Assembly: GCF_036588685.1 (NCBI RefSeq)
Contig: NC_086378.1
Span: 44,082,001-44,146,000, forward strand
Source of the DNA: Mytilus trossulus
Taxonomy: Eukaryota
DNA length: 64,000 bases
Direction of reading: 5' to 3'
Part shown: in pieces, positions 49,501 through 61,471 of the stretch
How positions within the stretch are numbered: position 1 is the stretch's first letter
Layout: every line of letters begins with the position of its first letter
Translations under genes and position numbers: made by a program
The notes under the pieces: model-generated
Database searches by the model: none
What the model was told of the DNA's origin: nothing
The model's input: only the letters and a program-made list of their open reading frames with translations

Positions 49501-52500
49501 ATCTAGAAATGTATTTGTTGATATTAATAAAAAAAAAACAGGTTTAAACTAGATAAGACCACTAGTACTGGAAGGATAAACACTGATGTTCAGCAATACT
49601 CGTTGCAAATGATTTATATATGTAAAAGTCAGCAATACATTATATCAATCTGTTTACCATATTTCTAATCACTACAATATTGTTTTAGCAAATTTTCCAA
49701 CTGATACTATGTCAGTAGAGGTAAAAGCAGTTTTAACAGAAGGCGAAAGCTTCAAAATAGGAAATTATGACCCAACACCCAGTTTGATACCTATTTTCAA
49801 ATGCGAATTTGAAGACATATCAAACGGAACCTATGGTTATGATGTTTATTGGTATATATGTGCAAACGAAGTAAAGAATAGTACAAACTTGCTATTTAAA
49901 GATATTGATGAGGCTGTAGTTCTACGAGAGACTGATTGGATCGGTAAATACAGGATGAACATGCAGGTAGGATTTTGTAGACTTCGAGACATTTATTACA
50001 TATATTTATATATATAGTAAACGCAGGAGAATCTCTGTTCGAAAAGAAGAAATAAATACATCTTATTCTTTTATTGAAAGAAGTATAAATTCCGTGATAA
50101 TTTTATTTTATGACCCTACATTCAAAACGAAGAAAAAAATCATCAGAGAAAATAAAAGTTCTTTTAATAGATATCATAATTTAGATGGTGTTAAATTTCT
50201 TGCGTATGATGTAATATTCTCTATATTTTTATCAAAGTCAATTTAGTATTATAAAACGTCTTAAATTGTTATTAAATATATAGAGCTTCCCTTGGTTCCA
50301 AATTCATGTATATATTTCTCTACAGTTTTTAAGGGAAAGGGAAGCTGTCATAGTGGTGTCAAGAATAAAACTATTCGACCTCATTGTTTTGTCAAAATCA
50401 TAATTGTTAAGTAAATATTGCTTGACACCGGTATCGAAATGCTTTATATTTACAAAATCAACGATTATTTTAACAGATTAGGTGTAAAGTACGGATGAGA
50501 AATTCAAGACAGTCAACACCCGGGCCATACTTAGACAGTCCTATTTTCAGAGCTGGGTTATTTGTAAGCTTTTTTATTTTCATTTTGGTTTTGATCTGCA
50601 GAAAAATACCGGATGTAGTTATATTGAATTATATAATAAAACATGTCAAATACAAAAGAACAAAAATGCCGTATGGTTAATGTATCAATTGCATGAAATA
50701 ATTTTAATTTTGGTATTTTGTCATCCCAAGTACACAGTTATCATGATTTATGCTATAATAATATTTAGATAATTTATTTGTGGGTTTTACATAAAAAAAA
50801 TGTTTCGTTTCACTTTGAATTATTTGTTTCACTTTGAATAATTTGTTTAAACAAATTAAGATTGATAACTTTTTTAAGAAAATTTTGGAAAATAAAATAC
50901 ATGAATGGTTGAGGGTTTTCATGGCATGATTTAAGTTCCTAAAATATACATTTACACACCTTTTGATAAAGCCATATAGGTAGTATCGGTGGTAGAATTT
51001 ATTGTGCAAGGCTCAGTTGGTTCATACAAAAGGACTTAAAAATAGATATTGCTACTTCATCGATGAACACATCTCAAACAGAGGAATCTGAATAATATGC
51101 CCGGGAATAGTAACATATCTTCCGGACCTTTTTCTTTAATAACTAACATGTTTAGGTCAGACTATGCGAGTCGGTTTAGTATACAGATCATATCTTACTA
51201 GTATCACATTTACATATTCTCGTGCTGAATGTACATTTAGATAGGAAGTGGATGTAAAAGTAACCCATCTATTCCGTTTGATTAATGTTTAATGATTTAC
51301 CAACAAACTTAGTTATTGAAATTTGTCTTTCGTTTATAAATGTGTATGCATCTGATGTTCTGATTTTAGCCAAGTTCCAATAGTTATTATTACACAGTGA
51401 ATGAAGGGGATTCGATAAACATTACATTTACGTCAACAGTTCCGGTTGGATGTATTGCATCCCATAATGCAATACGATCTCAATGTGACCAGAACTTTTA
51501 CATATTTCGACAGAGTTATTATACGTCATCTTGCACTAATAATGTTCTAAAAAGAGATGTACTTTTCAATGCTGAATTCTGTGGAATTAGACTTGGGAAT
51601 CTCGACTGGACGGACAAGAAGTCATTGGAAGTGTATGGATATAATGACGGAATCTATAATGTTAATAATAGATATGCATACATCAAACTGTCAACATCAT
51701 CAATTTCAGCATATAATAATATTTGGAAAGATGTTGATATTTATCGAATAAGGGTATTTAACTTTAAATTATATTTTGTTATATATTTATTTCACAGAAA
51801 TATCCTGTTTTGTGAAGACGTTTAGACAAGCGATGGTAAAACTTTGACAAGGAGTACCACTTTCAATTACAAAAGATATGCAATTGCAATGAGGTCACTA
51901 TGCAAAAATGAATAAGAAGAAAAAAATAAATGTTTAACCCGACAAGGATAACTAAATCAATTTTCTCGGACTGTTTAATATGAAGTCTTTACACTAAATC
52001 CATTAGCTGTTGAATGTGTACGGATTGATAATTAAGTCTTAAATGCATGAATATTTTATTTGTTGTTAGTGGCTAAGAACTAGCTGTCTGGTAACTGCTA
52101 GTACTCTGTTCTTAGTGTCTTTTTGTTGTTGGGATTTTCAAGTACGCGGCCACGTCTACTTGTATGTTTGTCCATCTGATGAGTTAAGCCTTTTTGAACT
52201 GATTTTTATAGTTCGTTCTTATATTGTACTGTTATATCACTGTCCCAGGTTAGGGGGATGGTTGCATTGGGATCCCCCTAACATGTTATCCCCGCCATAT
52301 TATGTATGTATATGCCTGTCCAAAGTCAGGAGTTTGTAATTCAATGATTGTCGTTCGTTTATGTGTAACACATTGGTTTTCGTTATTTTTTTTTATATAC
52401 ATACGGTCGTTAGTTTTTTCGTTTGCATTGTTTTACATTTTTATTTCGGGGCCTTTTATAGCTCTGACTATGCATTTTGGGCTTTGCTCATTGTTAAAGA

Positions 52501-55500
52501 ACGTACGATGAGTTATAGTTATTAATTCTGTGTCATTTTTGTCTCTTGTGGAGAGTTGTCTCATTGACAATCATACAACATCTTCTTTTTTATATAAACC
52601 ATGTTATATGTATCTCAGACGCATGAAATTATTTACCATGTTGTTTTCCTATTTTTCTCCTTAATCATATTTATTTAGGTTCTTTTGGCGTTGTTTTTGT
52701 ATAACACCAAGATATCAGGTTTTAAAATATCTCACCAGCAACTCAAATCCTTTCAAACAAGAGGGACAAGTTTAACCATACAGCATTTTCGTTTTCATAA
52801 GGCAGTACGATACGTACAATAATACCAATTAATAGTGTTATCATATTTCTAGATACTCTTGAAAAAAGGAGCTTTATGCCAGCCACGTACTTATATTTCA
52901 TTGTATGAGATAAATATACACATGTATATAAATGTGCTTGGAAGGCCATGTATTCTGAGATTATATTAATACTTTGAATATCAGTAGTCGTATACGTTGA
53001 AATCGTAAAGTACTTTGTAGGTAACGGTCAGAGACAAAGACTCTACTTTCAAAAATAGGCTATGTCAGTCGTACAACGATCCACATTTTAGGACATTTGA
53101 TGGAAAATACTATGACTACATGGGAGTCGGGGAATTCGTTATGTATAAAAATGACATTGGTCCATTTTGGGTACGTACTTATAAATACTAACTCTATTCA
53201 TAAGGAAAAAAAAAAAAAAAAACCATTCGAAACTGTATCAATACGTCAAATTGATTTATAAAACAACACTTTCAACAACGTGTTTAAAAGTTTGATATCG
53301 AACAGGATAAGATGCAGAACAAGATGCTATGTTTGGATTTGTGTGACAAATATCGTTTATCATTTAAATCTTGTGACTTATCTTCTCATATTGATAGAAA
53401 ATATTTTCTTTGTTTTTTACATTTTCGAATGTTATGTTGTTTTTGAAAATCGTTACGTAAACAGGCATGGGGAATAATGATTTAATATTTTATGTCTATT
53501 TATGAATATTCGTTATAACAGAAATATTCGTAAGATCTTCCGAACAAGAACCTCTGTATCTGATGAATAATCAGACAATATGAATATTTAAGCATGGCAT
53601 TTTAACGATATTACAGTTACGGCGTTTGATTTTGTCATAAAGATTCAATAGCATCCTTTTCCATTTCAGGTCCATGCATTATTTACAAGTTGTGGCTCTG
53701 GCTTGCCTGGAACGTCTTGCCTTTGTGGAATAGCAATAAGGAGCAAAAACTCACTGTTCGTTTTACGCACATGTGAGAGGATTTCTAGGAAAGAATTACA
53801 TTTGCTTCAGCAACCTGTTGTCACGCTGACGTCTTGTGACGAAAGTGATATGTCAATTACTAACACGAATAACAACTACAAGGTGAATACAGCTTTACAG
53901 TTAAAAACGACGAGAGTATATTACTAGGATGAAAATATGTTTTTTTTTGTTTTCCCTCCATTACCCATCTCCCTAAAAAAAGAATGTATATATTGCATAT
54001 AAGCTTGGGTTAACATATCTCTCCTCTCACTACAAAATGCAGCATATTCAATTTAGAAACAGCTAACACCTATTTGCTTCTATTTATTTTTGTTTATTAA
54101 TTTAAACAAAAACTGTACAGTACCTACCTTTTCCTTGTACATGTTGTAATATTAACTTTATTTTATTGCTACCTATACTGCCAATGATACAGTTTATGCA
54201 TTCCTTGAAAACAAGCATCACATGAAACTAAAACTAACGTCTTTCGTTTAAGAAATAACTAGAACACACCCGCGAAATCGCGGGCATATATACAGCTTGT
54301 GGACTGTTGTAGGATGATTTTTTTTGTAAAAGATATTATGTATGGAGAACTTCATAAAAGGTATCAAAAGCCCTCTCACTTTTTCCGAAGTTCGATATTT
54401 GTTTCCTTTCTGTTAAATTCAATTATTTTCGTGTTTCTGGCCTCAGACCACAATTATTCTTCTCCTTTGCTGCAATGCATCTTTTGATAAAAGTCAAATT
54501 AAATTAACAATTTTCACCACTTCAAACACGAAATAATTGTAACTGCTTATATATAGATTATTATTAGTTTAATAAAATATGCTTCTATGACAATCCATCA
54601 GTGCTTTTTTTTTTGAGAGCGTTATTAACATGACAATGGTAGGATATGAATCTTAATTAAATGACTAAGAACGACCAATGTAAGGCTAATTTGAGAGATG
54701 GTCGTATGGGTTCTGATCCCGAAATCTGGGGCTTTAAAACATGAAATCCGAGATGCAGAATTTAAAGAAATTCATATCCGGAAATCGAATAATATATTCC
54801 CGGATCCCGTAAGGACCAATCCCCAAATCCCGAGCTTAAAAACACCCGATCCCGACGTCCTGAAAAAGGTCCTGCCTCCCTCTTATATCTACCCTTCTTT
54901 CATTTTTGCCGAACTGTCCGGAACATTCCAAAGTGAGGGAACCGGGATGCAGGCGGAGGGAATCGGGATTCATGAGGAGGGAGGATCACCAAATCCCGAG
55001 CTTAAAAACATCCGATCCCGACGTCCCGAAAAATGTCCTACCTCCCTCTAATCTCTACCTGTCTTTCATATTTGCCAAATCACTACTTACACTTTCAGCA
55101 TTAAATTTCAATGCCCCATTCATGGGCATTATATTGTCTAGTCTGTGCATCGTTCGTTCGTCCGTCCGTCTGTCCTGTTTCAGGTTAAAATTTTTGTCGA
55201 GGTAGGTTTCGATGAAGTTGAAATCAAATCAACTCGAAACTTAGTAAATATAGTGCCGATGTGGCATCCGTGTACTATGGACACATTCTTATTTTCTCAT
55301 GTTTTACATCTTTTAAAATATATGCAACTGGTATGAACCCTTTAATAGTAAACATTTCAAGGAAAACAGTAGACATACTACAGAGAGTCTCTATACATTA
55401 AAATAGTATAATCATAGTTTATATGCAGATTAACGCGAAAAATAATTGTTCTCTCTAAGCAGGTATAATAGTTGTGGTTATTTCCACATGTGTTGCTTAT

Positions 55501-58500
55501 TCTAATAAATATGCAACTGGTATGACCCCTTCAATAGTAATCATTTCAAAGAAAGCAGTAGACAGAACACAGAGTCTCTATATATAAGATTAGTATAGTC
55601 GTAGTTTACATGTAAACAAAAGCGAAAATTAATCAAAGGAGGGATAATAGTTGTGGTTTTTGCGATTTTTAAACACTCTGATTTAAAACACTCTGATTGC
55701 ATTATTTATTTTTTCATTTTTCTTATCTATCATACGATTGGTTGTACTTGTGCATGTTTCAAACTGGACGTCTTATCTATGACTAAAAGTCAGTCTGATG
55801 ACGTAATCAATATCCGGACTCTTTTTTTGTCGTTTTTGTCCAAACATAACTCAATCTGAATAATCATTAAAATGGATGGCAAATGCGACTATGCATGTTA
55901 CCTATAGAACACAGAGGCATGATGATTAATTTATCATAGAAGGAAGAGAAGCGACACAAAAAATGAGGTCTTCTTGTTTAATAGTATAGATGCATGGGGG
56001 TTGAATTCATAGCGATTTTTAACATAATTTAGTCCTTTATTTCCAAATGTTTTACAACGAGCGCTAGCGATTATCATTACAATTCATTTGATTCATGATT
56101 ACATAGTGGTTTTGGTGATATCAGCCTCAAATGTAAAAATCATACATATAAGACGGGAAAAATGTAGAACATTAAACAAATTCAATTATCAGAAAAATGT
56201 ATGCCTCCAGTCTCAAGAATTATAATTAGAATTGCTATATTGTTTATTTTTAGTTTATTTTAAGTGGTGTATTACCAAGGCTGAATGATATACAATTGTA
56301 TCTCCAGTGCTTGAAATGGTATCTTACTATACGTGTCAATCCTTTTTACCATTTTAGCAAATGCAGCAATAACAAATCTCAATTTTCTAATTCAGATAAT
56401 CTTACCAATTGCAACAGAAATAAAATTTTCAATAGCTAGACGATTCATAAGTGTGATTTCAATCAAACCATCCGTAAAGGACATCAATACGGCAAGAGGT
56501 CTATGTGGAGTTCCTAGTATAACAAAGGACCCATTAGATGACTTGACACATCGTGTACTTGGACCAATCAACGATGAACACATATTCGCCGATTCCTGGA
56601 GGTATTACCATCAACATTACATTTCACTATACTTTTTCATGAGGATCCCGTTTGTGTGTTACATTTGCGAAATACACATTAATGTTTTATTTAAATTATA
56701 TACATTATGAAAGATATAGATATTTTAACATAACGTTAAAATATTAGAGAATTTACGTTAATGTTTCTAATAATAAAATACAATTGTCCGAAAAGAACGC
56801 CACTGCAAACATAGACAATAAATGTTTAGTGTCTTTAAATATCAGCTGTATTTGTACGAGGCTAGGAAACAAGGTGTATGCGAACTTTTAACGAGCTACT
56901 ACACCTGTTTCGAGCCGAGTACGAATACAGCTGATATTTAAAAACACTAAACGGTTATTGTCTTTATCCTGCAATAAATTCTGTATTTTGTTTGTGTTTT
57001 GAAAGACACAAAAACTAACATATTTAGCATTTATTTTCGATTTGTAATCGGGATTATCCCTTGAGACCCGCGTAGTAATATCAAAATCACACATTATGCT
57101 GAAGACGGGTTTGCAAAAAAGAATCTCGAATGGTCAACATTAATACATCGCTCAAGGTGAATAATTATCTATTATAACATAACAACTAATTTCAACAGTA
57201 AAACAAATAACAAAAACATTGTCAAATTTGTAACAGAAGTGTACGAGTTGTCCTACGCTTCAGACTTGACATTCACTAAACCTGCATGCTGAAATTGACA
57301 TGGTTGATTTTGTAACACAATCATACACATTCAAGTTTTGAAATCGACAATTGTCATCGTCATTGGAATGCAACTAGAATACACAGTCTGAGGTCACACA
57401 GGTTCAAACAATACTCAGTCCGCCAGTGGGCGGAGCTTTAAAGCGATATTTGTATAATATACAGATACAGCATAGCGATATCTGTAGGGCTGTATCTGTA
57501 TAGTAGGACACCCAATTGCAGGATAAATATTGATATTCGCAGGCTGAAGAGTCAATGAAAGGTTTTGTGAAGTTATATTTATTTAATATTCCATGTGTTA
57601 AATACAATTCATTTTATTTTTCGTTGGTTACAAATTAATGTTTTCATTAAACACATGTATAATGCATGGAAATCAATATGGCTTGATTATATTGTTATCA
57701 ACATGTGCAAAAAAATCATTTTCACGATACACAAACACATCTCTCTGAGTAAGGTATGAGTATCAATTTCAGTCGTATACAAACATGTTTGACATGATTT
57801 AAAAAAAACACATTTTTATAGGATCACCGAAGGTATGGTTGAGGAGCAGCTATTTGTTGAAGAACCCGCATTCCTAAAGAAAGACAACGATGTTTATGAA
57901 CAGATTGTAGTTGTTGAAAACATTGAGAACGATCCCAACTTAAAAACATTTTGCGCATGTGAACAACAAGCTGGCAGTACCGACTCACTAGATGATTTTA
58001 ACAGCGTACATTGTAATTTGACAGATAGCACTGAGCAATGTTCAGGTTCACCAAGCTCATCCGGCGCATATGTTCAATACCAATCTTGCTTTCAGCCTCT
58101 ACGGAAAAGACGATCCCTAAATTTTCCTCATAAACTAAGTAAACGAAGTTTAAATAATAATGATGACGAGATTGATTTCAAGCCATTAGCGTACAGTGAT
58201 GACGTTAATGAAACAGAGATTGAGGTAATTTCAATTTCCAGAGTGAGTAAGACTTTTTGTATATCTACGATAAAACAATGTAAAAAATTACAAATTTATA
58301 ATAAATTTTGACCAGAAAGTGAAGAAAATTTACCTCTGTATTAATTTGGCTTTTTAAAAGAAATGTTTGAAAATGTTCACATTTATGACAAGAAAACACA
58401 TTTTCAAACAACATTGCGTGTATGTATACTACATGTACTTTCTTTTACAGTCAACAGCAACCTTTCGAAATGGTTGGACGTCAGAAAGAGCATATAACAT

Positions 58501-61455
58501 ATGTTTTAACAGCATAAACGATGCGTTGCAGAATGATATGTACAAGGATTATGTTGATGTACCTGTCGAAAAGTTCACCGAAGCGTGTGTTAAGGATATA
58601 GAAGTATATTTTTTTTCATTATTGAAAAACGGGGATACGAAAACAAACCAAAATCTTTTCCATTCACAAGGAGAAACCTTTGCTCAGAACCAGAATGGAT
58701 CTTATAAAAATTTGATATAAAATAATATCAGACAATATTTACTATCACACACTGTGTTTTTTTTTAAATTGCGTTTAACACAATGTTTAAAGTTTTCATC
58801 ATTTGCACAAAACATTAATTAAAACATGTAAAAAACTTCATGAAAAATAGTCGTAAGGATCCAAAGAACTGCAATAAAAATTGTTAATACAATGACCTCA
58901 TTAAAATAAAAAATTCCTCCAATTTGATGTATTCATATGAAGATCCAGGCTTATTCTTTAATTATTTCAGTTTTCCTTTTTTTGTCGTCTGTTATTTTGC
59001 CATAAATCAGATCACTGGAATTTTATTTATATTGTTCAACGTTAATTTTATGTGGAGGCGCCTTAAGGTTACTACATTTATTTATCATGTTCATTATTTA
59101 AGGCTGTACAATGATCTGTAGTTGTTAAAATCTGCATATGTTTCACTCTGACGGATAAGTTTCTATATAATATTATGAATCTTCATTGTGCTTTACCCGA
59201 ATTTGAATTAAAAACTAATTATGTTCGATTTTTTTTCGTTACATTTTAGAAAAACACATGTCAAGCTAATTCATAATGGTACTTGTTGAATCATGTATTA
59301 GTTTATAATAAATAAATATGGTTATAAGCTCGTTAATGTTGAGGTTATACCATTAGGTTGCTGGCGACACAACATTTCTTACAGACACTGTAAATGCCAT
59401 GGTAACGAGCATTATGACAGAGCTTGTAAAAACCGAATCTCTGTATACACAAAAATCTGCCGACGGATCACAGACATTGTTAGAATATTTTGCAAGTGGA
59501 TTATGTCTGAACAACTGCAGTGATAATGGAATTTGTAAAGAAGGTTTGTTCAGAGAATCAATTAAAGCGATTAATTAATAAGTTAAATGAAAATAACACT
59601 TATACTTCTTTTCCTCCTGCATTGTTGTCCTGAGAAGGGAACTCCCCTAAATTATGCTCAAGATAACACTACGGTCCGACCTATTAATAAGGCGTAGATA
59701 TAAAATGTTTCTAGTAATTTATTTAATACTCTTAAAGTATATTAATACCATTGTTCAACACAATATAATTTTTCAACTACCACATGTTCATTAAACACTT
59801 GAAATAAACACAATTGTAGGGGTTTGCATTTGTGACAGTGGATATGTAGGGGAGGATTGCTCTTTTAACACTTCGTCACCACCTACTGGTATCAGTCTTC
59901 CTTTCAATGGTGAATGTAAACTCACAGCTCGTTCATGTGAAGCAATGAATGTATTTGGAGAATTTGTATCAACCTCTGTATGGTGTAAGCGGAGACATTT
60001 TCAGGTATAGTTTTACATATATGTTTTGGAGGTAATATCAAAATTTGTGTTAATTTATTAACCAACGAAGTGATTAAATTTACAAATCTAAAAATCAGTT
60101 TCCGTCCTCACCTTTCGATATTCGACTTGAATGCAATTAAGACAAAGAATCTTCTATATTTAAGGGCATAACTATTCGTTTTACGAAGCATTCTTGGCAT
60201 AGATTACCTTAGCCGTATTTGGAACAAATTTTTCGAATTTTAGATCCTCAATGCTCTTCAACTTTGTGTTTTTTGGTTTATAATTATTTTGATATGAGCG
60301 TCACTGATGAGTCTTATGTAGACGAAACGCGCGTCTGGCGTTCTAAATTATAAGCCTGGTACATTTGATAGATAATGCCAAACGTTGGATTATGTTGATA
60401 ATATTGCATTTGAAATGTATTTGATATTTTCAGATTTTAGAGAATGATCTGCTGTACACAACAAGCAATGAAGTTGTTTCAGTTGAATACAGAAACCCCT
60501 TCATGTTAACACTGGATCTGCCAACGTCTAGAAAGAAAAGATCAGTAGACAGCAATGTTTTGTCTGAGGGTTACGACATCAGTTTTTCATATGACGGCCA
60601 GAATTTTGGAAAGGAAACCAGTATCATTATTTACGATGATCTCAAATATTCATGTAATACAACGACAAAAACGTGCATATCATTGGTATGTAAATGTTTT
60701 TCTATCCCTGTTTTAGGCATTGCAATAAACTTATGGGGGTTTCCTTTTTGCTTCATTACGAACTAGTAAAGCCTTATATTTAAATTTGGTAAAAAAAATG
60801 TTATATATAATAAATAGTATATATAAAGAGGAAACTAGACTCATTAAAGAAGAAACAAAAAGTGAGATATCTATATTACTAGTACTTCATCTATATATCA
60901 CCTTCATCTAGACGATGACTAAAATCTTACACAAACGTCATATTTCAATAAATCAACTATGATTTAGTTCAACGAAAAAAATAAAGAGAAAAAGAAAAAC
61001 GTAAAAAACGTAAGAGAGAGAAACAAAAAACAAACCATTAAGCTATTCGTCGGCTGAACAGACAACTTTTGCACACAATGATTATTTGATTTGAAAGACT
61101 TTTCAGTGGTATATTGACAACATTATACACGACATACCTTATACTCGTTTTAATTTGCTTTTTAATTATTATTATTGGCAGCAAAGAAACTTATTCATAT
61201 TAGTTAGAATATGCTTTCACAAAAAGTAGGCTTTCAACTTCCTTGGATAAACTGAAATACATTGTCGATACTGGCCATTGAATATTTACTTTCTGAGTTC
61301 TAATATATAACTATTTGTTTTAATGTTGTCATACCGGTATTTTAGAGTCTGTAAGATTATTCGCTTCTAGATCAATGTTTTATAGCAAATTTGAAAGAAT
61401 ATGATATCGAAATTCTATTTTTAGATTGTGGACGAATCAACAGAAACCAAACAGA
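28428..61455 (+). CDS. Gene 2 (3' end not found): VWDE-like secreted or membrane protein with N-terminal YWTD beta-propeller. Exons 28428-28566, 34342-34519, 40732-40962, 42945-43063, 43243-43509, 45794-46006, 46507-46668, 48594-48659, 49689-49966, 50477-50563, 51370-51753, 53021-53170, 53670-53882, 56396-56601, 57822-58224, 58451-58603, 59357-59543, 59820-60004, 60434-60685, 61425-61455
   Basis: 20 GT-AG exons with compatible phases give 3904 nt (1301 codons) without a stop. Signal peptide, YWTD-like repeats, D8C, VWD and EGF motifs are visible. The last micro-exon is the least certain. Confidence 0.85.
28889..29600 (+). mobile_element. Probable truncated Kolobok-type DNA element (left end only)
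   Basis: ttaa-aggggcattagctg start; no matching right TIR found; right boundary approximate. Confidence 0.3.
29630..30451 (+). mobile_element. Degraded Penelope-like (probably Naiad-type) RT fragment with conserved 3' tail
   Basis: GIPMGTTFAPLLAD, RYIDDVL, SYLDLHL, KDDFKIPIVNF, followed by the ccttccggagcacct tail. Confidence 0.75.
30885..31651. mobile_element. Harbinger-like MITE (767 bp) with AACGGA/TCCGTT subterminal repeats
   Basis: ~50-bp TIR agcctcggtcacaccttac..gaacggacgcctaacggata; 3-bp flanking duplication ATA (30882-30884 and 31652-31654). Confidence 0.8.
31305..31376. repeat. 25-bp minisatellite, ~3 copies
   Basis: (atggtttattgcctttaatttataa) x about 2.9. Confidence 0.9.
32213..33423. 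repeat. Long inverted repeat (foldback): arms ~32213-32577 and ~33059-33423
   Basis: Arms are diverged reverse complements, e.g. tgacgtattgactcaaat / atttgagtcaatacgtca and tgtgttaaatgcaaccaaat / atttggttgcatttaacaca. Confidence 0.85.
33712..33900 (-). mobile_element. Hammerhead-containing short repeat, antisense in intron 1, cleavage triplet mutated
   Basis: Reverse complement gagcgtca-CTGATGA-gtc ttatgta gac-GAAA-tgcgcgCC-tggcgtac. Confidence 0.7.
34342..43509 (+). CDS. Gene 2 exons 2-5: six-bladed YWTD (LDLR class B) propeller
   Basis: Blades LIVAD, IYWLD, IYWSD (RSELDGS), IYFMD (RCTLDG), IFWTV (SATFEG), LYYTN. Confidence 0.85.
35889..36466. mobile_element. Kolobok-type MITE (degenerate)
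   Basis: Imperfect TIR aggagtaggttcagtagg / ccttcccggacccactcct with TTAA-like flanks. Confidence 0.5.
37425..38900 (-). pseudogene. Ginger2/KRBA2-SCAND3-like DDE integrase (transposase) pseudogene
   Basis: HIATGHGGRDKM zinc-finger start; DLVDM / SDNGAEF / QSQGSVER DDE core; PHD-like Cys/His finger; C-terminal CxC...CACRK...CNSRCH...CKNK. In-frame stops at 38570-38572 and 38087-38089, plus frameshifts. Confidence 0.9.
39600..40345 (-). mobile_element. 3' fragment of an L1/Tx1-like LINE ORF2
   Basis: Reverse-strand translation LPFYIIKNSKLQWFQYRIIHRILGMNELL, then KLWEDLDSWI...LLLTKFYIYRSK. Confidence 0.7.
41515..42530 (+). mobile_element. Degraded Penelope-like (probably Naiad-type) RT fragment with conserved 3' tail
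   Basis: GTNCAPLLTDL, FRYTDD, SASYL, YDKRNKFSFLIVKVPFLCSVIPA; same tail as 30240-30451. Confidence 0.75.
45794..46668 (+). CDS. Gene 2 exons 6-7: UMOD/GP2/OIT3-like D8C domain
   Basis: DSC...KRST...WYRV...CGTTNPIWLNG-TLP...AC...C...IRNCDGYYVYFL...YCF. Confidence 0.85.
51990..52595. repeat. Abundant dispersed repeat family; related pieces at ~4920-5130, 6520-6730, 21680-21815, 63560-63990
   Basis: Shared motifs ggggccttttatagct and gagagttgtctcattggcaatcataccacatcttctt. Confidence 0.6.
53021..56601 (+). CDS. Gene 2 exons 12-14: von Willebrand factor type D domain
   Basis: CQSYNDPHFRTFDGKYYDYMGVGEFVMY...SCLCGIAIR...RGLCG...FADSWR. Confidence 0.9.
54259..55990 (-). mobile_element. Non-autonomous Helitron with both termini (1732 bp)
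   Basis: Minus strand reads A|TCTATACTATTAAA...CCCGCGATTTCGCGGG hairpin...CTAG|T: 5' TC, 3' CTAG, sub-terminal GC hairpin, AT target site, no TSD. Internal direct repeats present. Confidence 0.85.
56811..57527 (-). mobile_element. Second copy of the hairpin-ended element at 16751-17476
   Basis: Reverse-complement match; the spurious ORF tail YRFKAPPTGGLSIV appears at both loci. Confidence 0.8.
59357..60685 (+). CDS. Gene 2 exons 17-19: EGF-like repeat and downstream domain with RKKR site
   Basis: [28 protein letters not shown]; later SRKKRS and ISFSYDGQNF...IYDD. Confidence 0.85.
60296..60343 (+). ncRNA. Minimal type I hammerhead ribozyme with intact core, in a short repeat at ~60189-60370
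   Basis: Stem I gagcgtca/tggcgttc (8 bp); CUGAUGA; stem II guc/gac; GAAAC-gcgc-GUC; predicted cut after C60335. Confidence 0.85.
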
Positions 61456-61471
61456 GTAAATACCTTATTCA

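Noticed and set aside
52170-52205. CTGATGAG motif in a common repeat
   Set aside because: No GAAA or stem III after the putative stem II.
54698-55336. Pro-rich ORFs of 63-117 aa
   Set aside because: They lie within Helitron internal repeats and lack splice or phase support.
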